Below are positions 38,028 to 50,300 of a DNA stretch of 64,000 nucleotides, in pieces (the stretch's first letter is position 1; every line of letters starts with the position of its first letter). Below the pieces are notes generated by a model, which was given only the letters and a program-made list of their open reading frames with translations, was not told the DNA's origin and did not search any database. The position numbers and the translations under genes were made by a program. Origin of the DNA: a virus (taxonomy: Duplodnaviria > Caudoviricetes); the IMG/VR virus record IMGVR_UViG_3300046000_006661, positions 1,821 to 65,820 of that record. One strand, 5' to 3'.

Positions 38028-38419
38028 TGCCAATTTATACTTATTTTAATTCTGAAACGGAAGAGTATCGGGACATTGTTCAAAAAATGAGCGATGTCCA
38101 CGAATATTTTGGAGAGGATGGGGATGAAGCTACTTGGAAAAGAGTATTCACTGTTCCACATGCATCTATTGATTCAAAAATTGATCCATTTAAATCCGAA
38201 GACTTTACTCGAAAAACTGGCGGCAAAAAAGGAACGTATGGAGACCTTTTAGATAAAAGCGCAGAACTTAGTCATCAACGAGCAGAGATGGCTGGCGGCG
38301 TTGACCCAGTGAAAGAAAAATACTTCAAAGACTATTCTGAAAAACGCAGAGGAGCAAAGCATCCCAATCAAATGAAATCATTTGAAAGCAAGAATATCCA
38401 AGTCGATTTCGGCAAGTGA
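38027..38419 (+). CDS. FmdB-like protein lacking the zinc-ribbon cysteines
   Basis: MPIYTY.......IVQKMSD...WKRVF is the FmdB pattern without CxxC. Confidence 0.6.
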   Translation: MPIYTYFNSETEEYRDIVQKMSDVHEYFGEDGDEATWKRVFTVPHASIDSKIDPFKSEDFTRKTGGKKGTYGDLLDKSAELSHQRAEMAGGVDPVKEKYFKDYSEKRRGAKHPNQMKSFESKNIQVDFGK

Positions 38420-38424
38420 TATTA

Positions 38425-39585
38425 TCAAGCAAACGCTCCAACTATATCAAAAGAACTGATGTATGTTGATGGTTTTGGATATGGCGAAACTTTTAATCCA
38501 GATGCGTCTGTAACCTCTACGGAGTAATTTGCGCTAAACTCTATTCTATTGTTTACTGTCATAGAATGCGAAAAAGAATTTATTTTCGCGCCACGAATCT
38601 CAAATTTTCCAGAAGCAGTTTGTTGTTGATCTGCAAATATAATATCGAAGTCGTACGTCTCTTCCGCTCTATTAAGCAGATGAAGATTACCGCTAGAAAA
38701 TTGATCAACTACAGCGCTAACGTCAACAGATGCTCTTATTGGCAACTGAAGCTTTCGTCCATATACGTGATTACTGCCTAAACCATATAGATCCGTTCTT
38801 TCAAATGGGACAGAAAGATTGACAGACTGAATGATTGCTCCACTAACGAGAACCGCTCCACCCATCTGTAGATTTTCGAGTTGAGCTGATACATTTTGAG
38901 GAGATACCACTTTTGGTCTAAATATATTGAGTTCATTGTTATTAAATTGGTTGGAATATCCTGATAATGATGTTTTTAAATTACTGAAGTTCAAAAATCC
39001 TGATCCGCTATTGTTTCCTGAAGCAAGATTGATTGCTGGAATACTAACATTTGAACCTGTCAAATTTGTCATTTGAAGATTTGACGCGCTGAACGAAGCA
39101 GATACCGTGGGCAATCCACCTACTTGAAAACCAACAGAATAGTTATTCAAAAAGCAGTTACCAATCGCTGCGCATGTCATTCCACTGAAATTAGTTCGCG
39201 GCGAAACTCCCGTAAAACTCTGCAATAAATCTTGCCCGTTTTGATCATTTATAATCAAATAAAAATTCTGATCGCGAGTAGACATTCCAGATGCTATTGA
39301 TCTTGCTGATCCACTTGCGGGTGATAGTCCAAGCAGATACTCGTTTACTAAATGCGGCGAAAAAAGATAATCAACATTAAAAGAAACATTCGGCGCTCTA
39401 ACAATTGAATCTAATGCATATTGTTGCGAGCCTACTTGTTTTGATGTTTGTCTATCCACCGAAACAGAAATCTCTGATCCTTGAACTAGCGGCACAAAAT
39501 AACCGCTCTGCTCGGTAGTAGTCCAAGCAGGAGATGGTGATGTTGCTAGTATTGCTGAATTGCTTTTGAATATGAATTTGCTCAT
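38425..39585 (-). CDS. Tail-tube paralog (tail tip/initiator) ending in a TYISSFDIVGA peptide
   Basis: Aligns by eye along its length with 56569..57684 (IGNCFLNNYS..VG.LPT; IQS..LS.P..R....LGS). Confidence 0.75.
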   Translation of the reverse strand: MSKFIFKSNSAILATSPSPAWTTTEQSGYFVPLVQGSEISVSVDRQTSKQVGSQQYALDSIVRAPNVSFNVDYLFSPHLVNEYLLGLSPASGSARSIASGMSTRDQNFYLIINDQNGQDLLQSFTGVSPRTNFSGMTCAAIGNCFLNNYSVGFQVGGLPTVSASFSASNLQMTNLTGSNVSIPAINLASGNNSGSGFLNFSNLKTSLSGYSNQFNNNELNIFRPKVVSPQNVSAQLENLQMGGAVLVSGAIIQSVNLSVPFERTDLYGLGSNHVYGRKLQLPIRASVDVSAVVDQFSSGNLHLLNRAEETYDFDIIFADQQQTASGKFEIRGAKINSFSHSMTVNNRIEFSANYSVEVTDASGLKVSPYPKPSTYISSFDIVGAFA

Positions 39586-40529
39586 TGATCGTTAGGAACT
39601 ATCCCAAGTGGATCTTCCACTATTTCAATTTCCAATGTGTGTGAATTGTTGTAGTTCCAAGTGTGGCTCCACGATGGACAATAGTATACCTTCAATCTAT
39701 TGTAAACAGAAGGAGGTGTATGATAGAATCTTCTATAGCCGAATTTATTTTCCAAAAAGTGGAAGATGGCTTTAGCTTTTTGATCATCAATATTTTCAAA
39801 CTTATACTGCCAATTGATTAAAGAAATATTACGCGAAGAATTTATCTTTTGGATAAAAGAGTTTTTGAAATCTACAGTGTCAACGCGCATTTTAACATCG
39901 TTTTGAACGCCAACATCTGGCTCGAAAAAGAATGACTGACTCCATTTTGCTGTAGAACCTGTTGGACCATCTAAAGAAGTGCTAGATGCAACATGATCTT
40001 CGGTGCAGTAATAAAAATTGTTTAATTTATTGCTATTTACCCCAGAATAAAGTATGTCATACTTTTTATAGGATTGAGCCGCAGACCAAGTTTTGTAGCT
40101 GGTATTGATATAAGACATTCCAGACCAATTAAGAATAGAAGAAGCCTGAAATACTTCTAGCGAAAATGCAACCTCATAATGTTGCTTGTTTATGTGATTA
40201 ATAGCATAGTTGTCGCAAACTCCACTTACCTTCTTATAGAAATCAGAAGGATCGTCAAATTCGATAAACTCTTGACCGCTTTTTAATTCTAAAAATCTCA
40301 CCAACTGTTGAGCTTTGTTTTCGGGCAGATCGTATCTCAAATCAAACTTGGCGTTCAAGTTATTGACTGACATTGGAATCATGTTATAGAATCCATTTTG
40401 TGTTTCATATAAACTGTTTCGCGAAGTGATTGACACTTTCGATCCGTATGCTGGAAACTCTGAGCTTAATGAAGCTAGTGGGCTAACGCCACTAATGTTA
40501 CCTGTTGTTCTATCGTAAAAGCTGCTCAT
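39582..40529 (-). CDS. Distal/minor tail protein (duplicated gpM-like domains with CBM-like insert)
   Basis: Two similar halves (KAQQLVRFLELKSG / KAKAIFHFLENKFG); located downstream of the tape measure gene. Confidence 0.65.
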   Translation of the reverse strand: MSSFYDRTTGNISGVSPLASLSSEFPAYGSKVSITSRNSLYETQNGFYNMIPMSVNNLNAKFDLRYDLPENKAQQLVRFLELKSGQEFIEFDDPSDFYKKVSGVCDNYAINHINKQHYEVAFSLEVFQASSILNWSGMSYINTSYKTWSAAQSYKKYDILYSGVNSNKLNNFYYCTEDHVASSTSLDGPTGSTAKWSQSFFFEPDVGVQNDVKMRVDTVDFKNSFIQKINSSRNISLINWQYKFENIDDQKAKAIFHFLENKFGYRRFYHTPPSVYNRLKVYYCPSWSHTWNYNNSHTLEIEIVEDPLGIVPNDQ

Positions 40530-41314
40530 GAATGACCAATATAGTTAAGTGTTAATTTTACGCCGCCATCAGCAGATGATGCTAGAGTCTCGCCAATTAG
40601 TGATGCATTTGGTATTGTGAGCTGCTGAATTGTTTGCGTATTGTCTTTTGACTTTACAGTAAAAGTTACTGTTTTGTTCTGTCTTCCTGATAAAAATCCA
40701 CTCGCATTTTGCAAGAACGCATCGTCCACATCAATCTGAACAGACGCACTAAATTCAATAACTCTATCAGTAATTACTTCGGCGGGAAGAATTGAACCTA
40801 TTTTGTAAAGTGGTTCTCTCCCAATCTTTAACGAGTAATCAAAACCAACTACTCTATTGGTAGTGGAATTGTCGCACGATAAAGATATTGAGCCTTGGTT
40901 TGGTATGTATATTGTTGGAGCTGCTACCGAACCAGAATGGTTGATGCCACTTCGCATTTCTCCATAAACAGATAAAGCAGCATTAGTTGACGGCACAGTT
41001 CCCACAGCGCAATTGACGCTATACTCAGTCAAGAATCCGCTATTGAAGCCATAAGCTTGACCATTGTAGTTGATGCTGCCACTTGTTGGCGAAGAACCTG
41101 TCAGTGATAAAACTGGATCGTTGTAAATCAAATACCGCGAGAATGTCACTTGTTTTTGAGTCTCGCCAGCAACTAATGTTTGCGCTGTAGACATTCCCAA
41201 AAATCTTGATAGAGCCGTTGATTGAGAATATGAAATATTGACGTTTTCAACTCCAAGCAGTTCTTGCCCAGAGATGAAAACTTTATTCTCGTAGTTGTTT
41301 AATAAATCAAACAT
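40526..41314 (-). CDS. Tail-tube-like baseplate/tip protein
   Basis: FLTEYSVNCAVG.VP and FDYSL.I.REPLY.IGS are shared with the tube paralogs. Confidence 0.65.
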   Translation of the reverse strand: MFDLLNNYENKVFISGQELLGVENVNISYSQSTALSRFLGMSTAQTLVAGETQKQVTFSRYLIYNDPVLSLTGSSPTSGSINYNGQAYGFNSGFLTEYSVNCAVGTVPSTNAALSVYGEMRSGINHSGSVAAPTIYIPNQGSISLSCDNSTTNRVVGFDYSLKIGREPLYKIGSILPAEVITDRVIEFSASVQIDVDDAFLQNASGFLSGRQNKTVTFTVKSKDNTQTIQQLTIPNASLIGETLASSADGGVKLTLNYIGHS

Positions 41315-41315
41315 A

Positions 41316-44300
41316 TTATCTTCTTAAAGAGCCTCCAATTCTTTTCTCGTCGTTGATGATCTGCAATACTGCGTCTTTGATTTGACGAGCGAGTTGTTGA
41401 CGGCTTGCAGATGGATCTTGCGAAGTTTCTTGAGAGGTTTGACCAGATGGAGCCACGTTGATTGTTATGTTTCCAGTTGAGCCAGATGCGCCAATAAGTT
41501 CATCAAGTTTTGCCAAGAGTTTTTCGTTGAGTTCCTTGCTTGTCTCTTCTGAAGTGATGGAAGTTCCACCAGAGTTCATTGATTGAAGGTTTGGCGCTCC
41601 AATGCTTTGAACAGCAGAGCGATTCATCACAAACTCTCCACCAGAAAGCATAGCTGGAACTGTGTCGATACCAGACCTAGATGGAATCATTCCACCAGTA
41701 GCGCTTCCTTTGGGTTTTCGCGGTAAGAGTATAAATTCTGGATTCTCTACTAGCGGAGTCATATTTGGATCAGATAATCCCTCTGGAAATAAATTGCCAC
41801 CACTCATACTTGTAGCTGCATCAAAAACAACTCCAGCAGGCGTTCTTGCTGTCCCTCTAGGTATGGAAGCATTTGCAGAAAATGGCATGGCTCCAGAAAC
41901 TGGCTCAGCCCTTAACGCGCCAATTCCGCCGCTTTTATCAATGTAAGAAGCAAAATTCTGATCTGATTGATAAAGATCCGATAATTGTTTGGCATTTCCG
42001 ATTTGAGACAGTTTGAATTTATTTACAGCACCCGCAAAATCTCCAGAAAACATCTTTCCAGCACCACTAAATAAATTTGATAAGCCTCCAACTTGTTGAT
42101 TTCCTACTTTCCCACCTTTAATTGCTCCAGAAAATGCAGTGCCAAATTTTTGAAAAAATCCAGCATCCTTTGGCAGATTGCCGAGAGCGGCTTTAGCTCC
42201 AGAGCTAGCAGCATTCCCAATACCTCCTAATGCAGCGCTTCCAACCAACATCAATAATTGAGATGTTAAAGCTTTTTTCTTTTCTTTCTCTTGTTTCTTG
42301 GCTTCTATTTCAGCATTATACTGTTGCAGATACAAATCAAAAGCTTGCTGTTTTGCTGATTGAGTGGCTTCGAACTGTGGCGAATTTCTCATTCCAGAAA
42401 CAGACAACATTGGACTTTCTGGCTCAAGAGCAATAGATTGGTAGCCATTTTCATTTGTCATTCTATCAAACACTCCCGATGTACCACTTTGAGTTGCAAA
42501 GCTTAATAAATCTCTTTTGCCTAAAATAGCTCCAGTATTATAAGTTCCTGGGGTATAGAAGCCAGCATTGCCGCCTTGTATTTTTTTGGCTTTTGATCGT
42601 CTTTCTTCATATATATTTTGTATTAATTTATTATATGGATTCTTTTCAGAATCGACCATGCCGCCATTAGCGTAACCATTCAATGTTCCGTTGTTGATTG
42701 CCTCTAAGAATTTTGGACCGTATTTCGATACAGCTTTCTTATTTACGACATATTCGCCGCCCATAAGCATTGCTGGAACATCGTCTTTTGATCCAGAACC
42801 ACCAGTTACTTTGCCGCCAGAAGCGAATCCAAGCATTCCAGATAAGAAATCAATAAATCCGCCACCACCAGCCGCTTCCTCTCCTTTTCCTTTAGGTTTT
42901 CCACTAACAATCCGATCAACTAATCTGCTAGTCATTCTTTGGTTTATAGTTTTTACCAACTCATAAGCGGCAGAACGGAATCCTTCTTTGAGAGAAACAG
43001 TTCCTTCAATTGCAGAGTTTATTGCACCGCTAATTCCATCAGAAAACATTTTTGGAATGTCTTTGCCTAATAGATAAGCAAATTGCTCGCCATCTATCTG
43101 CATTTGCAAAAATGCATTTTGCATTCCTTCTGCGAATGTTGAAGGAGATCCCTTTAAATCGTCTAGTTGCCGCTGCAATTGAGAATTTTCTGATTGTCCT
43201 ATGCTTTGAATTTCACCATTAATTTGCTTAATTGCATCTTCTCTTTCTCTAAGATCTTCTTTTGCTTTAGCAGCGTCTTCGCCACTTCTTATTGTATTTG
43301 CGGCTTGAGCTAATTTTTGTGCTAAACTTGCAGCGGCTTCATCTTGTAGTGTAAGTTCTTCTGTGGCATATTTTAATGCAGAATTATATATCTCCGCAGA
43401 GTCTGTCAATTTAGATAGTTCTTCGGCTTTTTTAAATTTTTCTTCTTCAGAAACTTTTGTAGTTAAAACTGTTGTAGTTGCTAATCCTGTATCTGTAGCT
43501 GGCCTGTAATCAGCTATTGATGATGTTCTACCAGTTGGATTGCCAAATTCTTTCATAAATGAAGGTTTGGCTCCACCAGCTTTACTCATCCGATCTGTAG
43601 CACTTCCAACTGGTCCCAATCTAAAGTTAGATGCCAAAGGATTATTAGGAATAACCTCTACCAGTTTTTTTAAAGCAATTGTGTTTTCTTTAATTTGTTC
43701 ATTATTGTCTCCTAATGCTAATATATTTTCTTCGAGCTTAGCATTTCTCACGAACTCGGCTTTAGCATCTAAGATATTTCTTTCGCGTTCGCTTTGTAAT
43801 TCATTTTGGAATTTAAGTCTTTCGAGTCTGTTTTCCTCATCTCTTCTTTCAAACGGAGAAATTCCATTAGTCTTAGATAATTGAGCAAGCTTTACGTCAA
43901 TGTCTGCATTTTTTAATTGCGATGCATATCCAACTTGTGTAGATTGATTCGATATGTCAGTTGCTCTTGCTGACATAAGTTGCGCGTATCTTTCAGACGC
44001 TTTATTGTTTTGTTCTTGGATTTTGTTTTTGGCAATTTCAAGATTTTTCGATTTTTCTTTTTCATCGTTTCCGTCTTGAACGGCTCGATTTGTTCTTTCT
44101 TGCAAATCAAGAGCGTTCAATATTGCTTTAGCTAATTGCTCAGCAGCATAAATATTTTCTTTTAAATCAGTTCCCTGTAATTGGGCTTTTGCAAAATCAA
44201 TCGCAGCTTGCTGTTGATTATTACTGCTTAATATCGCTTGCGCTTCTTTATTATCTTTAAGATTTTTTAAAGTTGCTCTTACTTTATCTTCTGCATTTGA

Positions 44301-47300
44301 GCCTTTAAACAGACCCTTGTCCATGAATTCTCCCGCCAATTTGTTTAGCTCTTCTTGGATTGTTTTTTGAGCTTCTAATTCGGCAGTTTGTTTTTCTAGC
44401 GCTGCTTGAGCTTCCAATGTTTTGATTGTTCTATTAGATGCTGAAAGATTTAAATCAGCTTCTATACCTGCTACAAGAAGTGAAGAATCATAACGCTTGT
44501 CTGCAATTTGCTGCTCTATCGTTCTAATAGACTCTCTTTCAAGCTTTTCTCGCTTGATAGCTTTAATTGTTTCTTGTAATTCTCTTGGTGATCTAGCTGT
44601 CGCGCTAATATTTTCTTCCGCAATTGCTTTTTCTTGATCTTTCGCAAGAGATGTAGTTTTATTTATATATTCATTTTGTATTTCTTCAGAAATGCCTTCT
44701 TTTTTTAAAGATTTAATTAAATTTAATAAAATTGTTGATTCTGGCGTTTGTCTACTTTGAGCATCTTTAAAAGAATTATACTCAAAAGAACCCTTTTTAA
44801 AATCTTTGCCTTCATACAAATACATAGTATCAGCTATTGACTTGGCTGATTGAATTTCTTCATAACTTGCGCTACCTAATACTTTTGCATTATCTTCGCC
44901 TATTTGATTTAGTAAATTTTGAGGGCTTAATGTCGATGGTATTTCAGACATCATTTTATTTAACTCATTGATATAATTTTTAACTTGACCGCCATTAAGC
45001 TGCACTTCGCCTAATTCATTTTTATCTCCCTGTTTAGCGTAATTAAGTAAAAGTTCATCAATTGTTTTTTGAGGAATTCCAACACCTCTTGCGTTTGCCA
45101 TAGATGTATATAATTCTTGGTTTAGTGTATCGCCAAGACCTTCTGTTAAATCACTATATCTTAATGAAGTCATGTCAATTTTTTGACCCATAGCTTTCGC
45201 TACTACTTGAAAGGCGGGAGCCATTAGTTTTTGTCCCGTGGTTTGTTCGCCATCGGATGTTAATTTTTGAGCCTTGCTTCCTATAGCCAAAACCGAAGCT
45301 CTAGCCTCTTCTTCAAATCTTTTCTTTATTGCTGGATTAATATTGTCTAAATTTACAGAAGCTTTACTAGCCGCTTCTGCTAATCTGCCAGTTGCTTCAG
45401 CAGCGCTCTTCATGCCTTGATTATTGCTATCTACATATTTTATAGCTTCCTTAAAAGCCACATACAAACCAACTCCTACTGCGGCAACACCACCCAATTT
45501 TCCAATGACTCTACCAAATCCTTTTTCTGCACCACCAAAAGCTTGCGATAATCCCTGACCAGCAAAAACTACTGTTGTTACTGAGCTAGCAACTGCACCG
45601 AAACTATTAAATAATTTCGCCATACCGCTTGTCGCGCCTTCTGTAGCTCCAGTTAAGGCGCTCATTGCTCCTTGAACTGCAAAAATAGTTCCAAGCATAT
45701 CTCTATTACCACCAGGAGTAGTGCTAGTGTCTCTTACTTTACCCATTGGGTTAGTAATAGATCTTTTTGCGCTTTGTGTGACTGCTGCTTGTAAATTTGC
45801 TGCGTTTTGATTAGCTTCTGCTTTTTTATTTGCTGTGTCTGTTGCAAGCGTTTTAGATTGGATTGCTATTTGCTTACGCTCTTCTAATGTTTGTCGAAGA
45901 GGTTGTTGTGCAGCGGCGACAGCTTTCTGCTGTTGAGCTTCTTGCATTTGCATATTAGTTATTGCCGCTTGCGCTTGTGGCGATTTCTTCCCCGCTGCTT
46001 GTGCTGCTGCAAGATTAGCCTGAATCTGTTTTAAAAGATCCTCTTCTTTTTTTAACATATCCCTTTCTATCTTGCTTCGTTTTTTTAAACTTTCAGAAGT
46101 TTGCTTTAAGCTTTTCTCTTGATTATCATATTCATCTTGAATTTGTTTCAAGTTATCAGTCAATCCTTGATTAATTTTAACTGTTGCTTCTGAAGGCTTC
46201 AAACCAACATAAGGAGATATATCTGCACCAGCTGCCCCAGCAGCAAAATTCGGCACAAACCCACCAGCAGCACCATACATCATTGGATTAGCTCCTTCTT
46301 TTCTTGCGCGGCTAATACCTTGGAATCCGCCAGCAGGTTCATCGCGACGATTGGCAACCATCAAACCCATAGGGTTTGCCGCATTCTTTAGCGCAGGACT
46401 CTTATCAATATAAATCTGTGAAGCAGGAACACCAGCAGCCATTTCGCGACCTACTGCCGCTTGAAGTGGATTGGCAAAGTTGGGAAGGAAGCCGCCAGCA
46501 GCTCCGCCTTCAATATTTCTGCGAGCTTGTTCTTTTATTTGTTTATGTGCGATTCTAGCTCTCTTAACCAATCCTTGAATCATTGGAGTTGGATCATTTA
46601 TATGACTTCCTGACCTTAATGGAATACCAGCATCTAAATCTATTAAATCTTTAAGAATTGATTGAAATGCTCCCATCTCTCTTGTAGAAACAGAAACGCC
46701 AATTCCTCTATTCATTAAGTCTTGAAATCCAGCTTTTGCCGCAGGTATAACCTGCTCTAAAGACTTTCCAACTAGGTCTTGTTCAATTGGAGAAATTCCG
46801 TTTGGCAATACAGCACCAAGAAACTGATCAAAACCAAGAGTTTTTGCAATACCAGTCAAAGGCTTCAGCTTTTCTAAAAGCCTTTTTGCATTTTCTGATG
46901 CACGATTAGGTGTTCCTCCAGCAAAATTAGGAATAAAACCACCAGCAGCCCTGGTGTTGAAAGGCACAACGCCTTTAAAAACCGCTGGCTTAGCTTTCGG
47001 GATAGAAGAAACCAATTCTCTCAAAATATAAGGTCCAATATTAAATCCTCTTTGCTCTGATTCCACGTAAGCGTTTTGGCTTTGTATTATTTTAGAAAAT
47101 TCAGAAGCAGAAGGTCTCAATTGTCCATCAAGGTATTTATATAAAATTTCTTTTTCTGCTGGATGTAAAGCTACGTCCCACGAATCTTTATAAGAAGCAT
47201 AAGCTTGTGGAAACTCATTCTTTCTCATTACTAATTTTTGTTTGCCAGTAAATCCTCCTAAAAGAGCGGTGTTGCCATAAAAGCCACCTTTATGGTCGGT

Positions 47301-50300
47301 CATTCTTGCTTTATCTTGTCCATGGTCATCAGCATAACCCCTTCTGCCAGCTAGTGCTGCTTCTGTAGCAACCTGCTTTCCATGTTCGCTTTTGGGATTT
47401 AATTTTAAAAATTCTCCCTTTTGGATATAAGCATCGCTTTTCTTCCCATCGTAATCCTTTAATGATTTTTGGCCTCCTAAAAGTTTGTATTTCAAGTATT
47501 CTTCCGAATCAGCATCTATGCTATGGCCTTCTCCACCTCCTGACTCGCGAGTCCCACTAATAACATTTTTGTTATTATAAAATGCTGTATTTATTCTTTG
47601 GGCTGCGAATTTAGCGAATTTTTCTCTTAATTTGTCATTTGTTAAAAAAGTTTTTATCGTATATTTTGCATTATCAAGATCTTTTCGTGTTTTAATGAGT
47701 CTTTCTGGTTCTTCGACAAATTTAGATACCATTGGCCAAACTTTATCTAAATCCAGTTTGCCTTTTAAAGCGGAAGAAATTACTCCTTGGGGTAATTGAG
47801 ATCCAAGATTTTTTGAAGAGGATATGGCAAATTTTGCAGCATTAAAAGCATCCATTACCCCGAAATTCGGCACAAACCCACCAGCAGCATTAGGAATATA
47901 ACCACGCGCAAAAGTATCTACTATAGAACTAATTCCAATGCTTAAACTACCGCCGCGCAAATCTTCGATAAATTCTTTGGGACCACTTTGCGTTTTGTTA
48001 TGTAGACCTTTAATTTCATTAATCAACAAAGAAAAAACATCTTTACCCGAAACCCTCTTAGCATTTATCTCCCTACCATTTTTTCCCCTATAACTAAAAG
48101 AGTCAATATTCGTATTTTTTACATTGCTGTTTTTTCTGTACCAAAGCTGCGGATACATCCCCTTTAAAATTTCTTCAAAGCCTACTCGTTGTCCTCCTTG
48201 TAAATTAGCCTCTAAATCATCTAATCTTGTTTTATCTTGAGCTAGAAGTATAGTAGAATACAACTTCATACCAGACCTTTTTGATAACGCCCCCAAGTGA
48301 TTAAACATTCTTAAACCATCGCCTTTTTGTAGAGACCTTATATAATCTATATTTATATAGTTTTTTAGTTTGCTTCCCGTTGATTTTGGATCGTATGATA
48401 ATGGATCGTATAAAGATGCATCCAGTTGTTTTAGTGAGTATGAAGCGTAGCTTCTGCTTTTTGGATCTGTTGCTGTTTTGGATTTTTTACCAGTAACATT
48501 TGATATTCGTTTGTTGAGACCAGGAATATATCCACTTAGAGCGTCAGGCGCTGTTGTTGGTTTTCTTCCATACGCAATGGATTGGTATTGAGGTGGAATT
48601 GCGGCTACATAATTCGGCACAAACCCATCAGCAGCACCATACGTCATCGGATCAGCTCCTTCTTTTATTGCTCTGTTGATTCCTTGAAATCCACCCGCTG
48701 GTTCGTCACGACGATTTGCTACCATTAAACCCATTGGGTTTGCCGCATTTTTTAATGTGGGGCTTTTGTCAACATAAATCTGCGAAGCTGGAATACCAGC
48801 AGACATTTCTCTATTCACTGCATCTTGCAATGGATTAGCGAAATTAGGAATAAAACCACCAAAAGCATTTTTTGCTTGTACTGCTTTTTGCGCTTCTGAA
48901 AGATTAAATGCGCCCTTTGCTTTTAAAATTTTAAGCGCTCTAGCGCTGTATTCAGGATCATTGAATACTTTTTTAATTATTCCTTGAACTTGACCAGAAC
49001 TTTCAAAATTAGCTTCTCCACCTCTTTTTGCCTCTCCTCTTTCAGCAGTTATTCCAAATATTTTACTAATACCTTCTGCATTCGAAAAATCAAATGGCCT
49101 ATTCTGTTCTTTACCAGAAAAAATTCCAGTAGATTTTAAATTTCCAGTCTTTAAATCTACTGCATCCCTTAAAGAATTAACCGCTACTTTACCAGCAGCT
49201 TCAAATAAATCTCCCTGTGCAGCAGTTGGTAATAATTGTTGTCCTGGTGTTTTTGCTATTTTTCTTATTGTTCCAACCCAATCTTCATTTTGAGCAAAAA
49301 GTTTACCATATAATTTATAAGCAAGATCGACAATTCCTTGTGCAAATGTATCACTTATATCTTCCTCTACCCCTTCAATGTCTCTACCAGATGGAGTATT
49401 TGTTTTTTGAATTCCAGAAAGTTGAATGTATTTATTTTTGTCTATTGGGGGTGCATCTTTATAGTTAAAGAACGGAATATCAGCAATCTTCATTGTTGTA
49501 TTTAAAAGACCCTTTTTCTTGCCAAATCGTGGAGAAATGAGAGCAATTCCACCAAGATTCTGGGCATTTAATTCATACGAACCCTTGTCTGCTATTTTTG
49601 CTTGTTTAATATCCGCATTAACAGCCGATACAGCTCTGCTAGACTTCATTACCCTTTCAACTTGAGATGGTGCTGCCTGAGTTCCATCAGGAAACCAATA
49701 ACTTCTGTATGGTCTACCAAATTCATCTTTCCCTGGTCTTATGTAATTTTCAATATTGCCAGCTTCAACATATTTTCTTATCTCGTCATCTATGGCTTTT
49801 GGTCGTGGCGCTTCAGCAAAGTTTGGAATAAAGCCTCCAGCACTATTATCAATTATAGAATTAATTTTTCTTTCAGAAGCTCTTTGAGAAGTTCTTTGTT
49901 CAAAATAAGAACTATTATTAAGTTTCGTATCATAGGGAACAACTAATCCTAATTTTCCTGATACGTTCTCGTCAAATGGATTTTTAATGTAGTTATTTGA
50001 AAGAAAAGAGTTTGCATATTTTTTAACAATTTCAAAAAGATTTTGTCTTTCCGTTGTTTTTACTTCATTATTGTCAGTTAAATCGAAAAATGAATTTTTA
50101 CCCAAAATTGGTTTACCGAGTAATTGAGATGCGTCTATCTCTCCAATAACTCCTTGAACTTTGTTTTGTAATTTTATCCATTTATCTTTATTTCCCTTTG
50201 TATCTCCTTTTGCATATTTTATATTTCTGATCGACGTTTCAATTGAAGAGACAGCTGATGGATCTGCACCTGCTTCTAACCATTCTTTTTTATATCGTTC

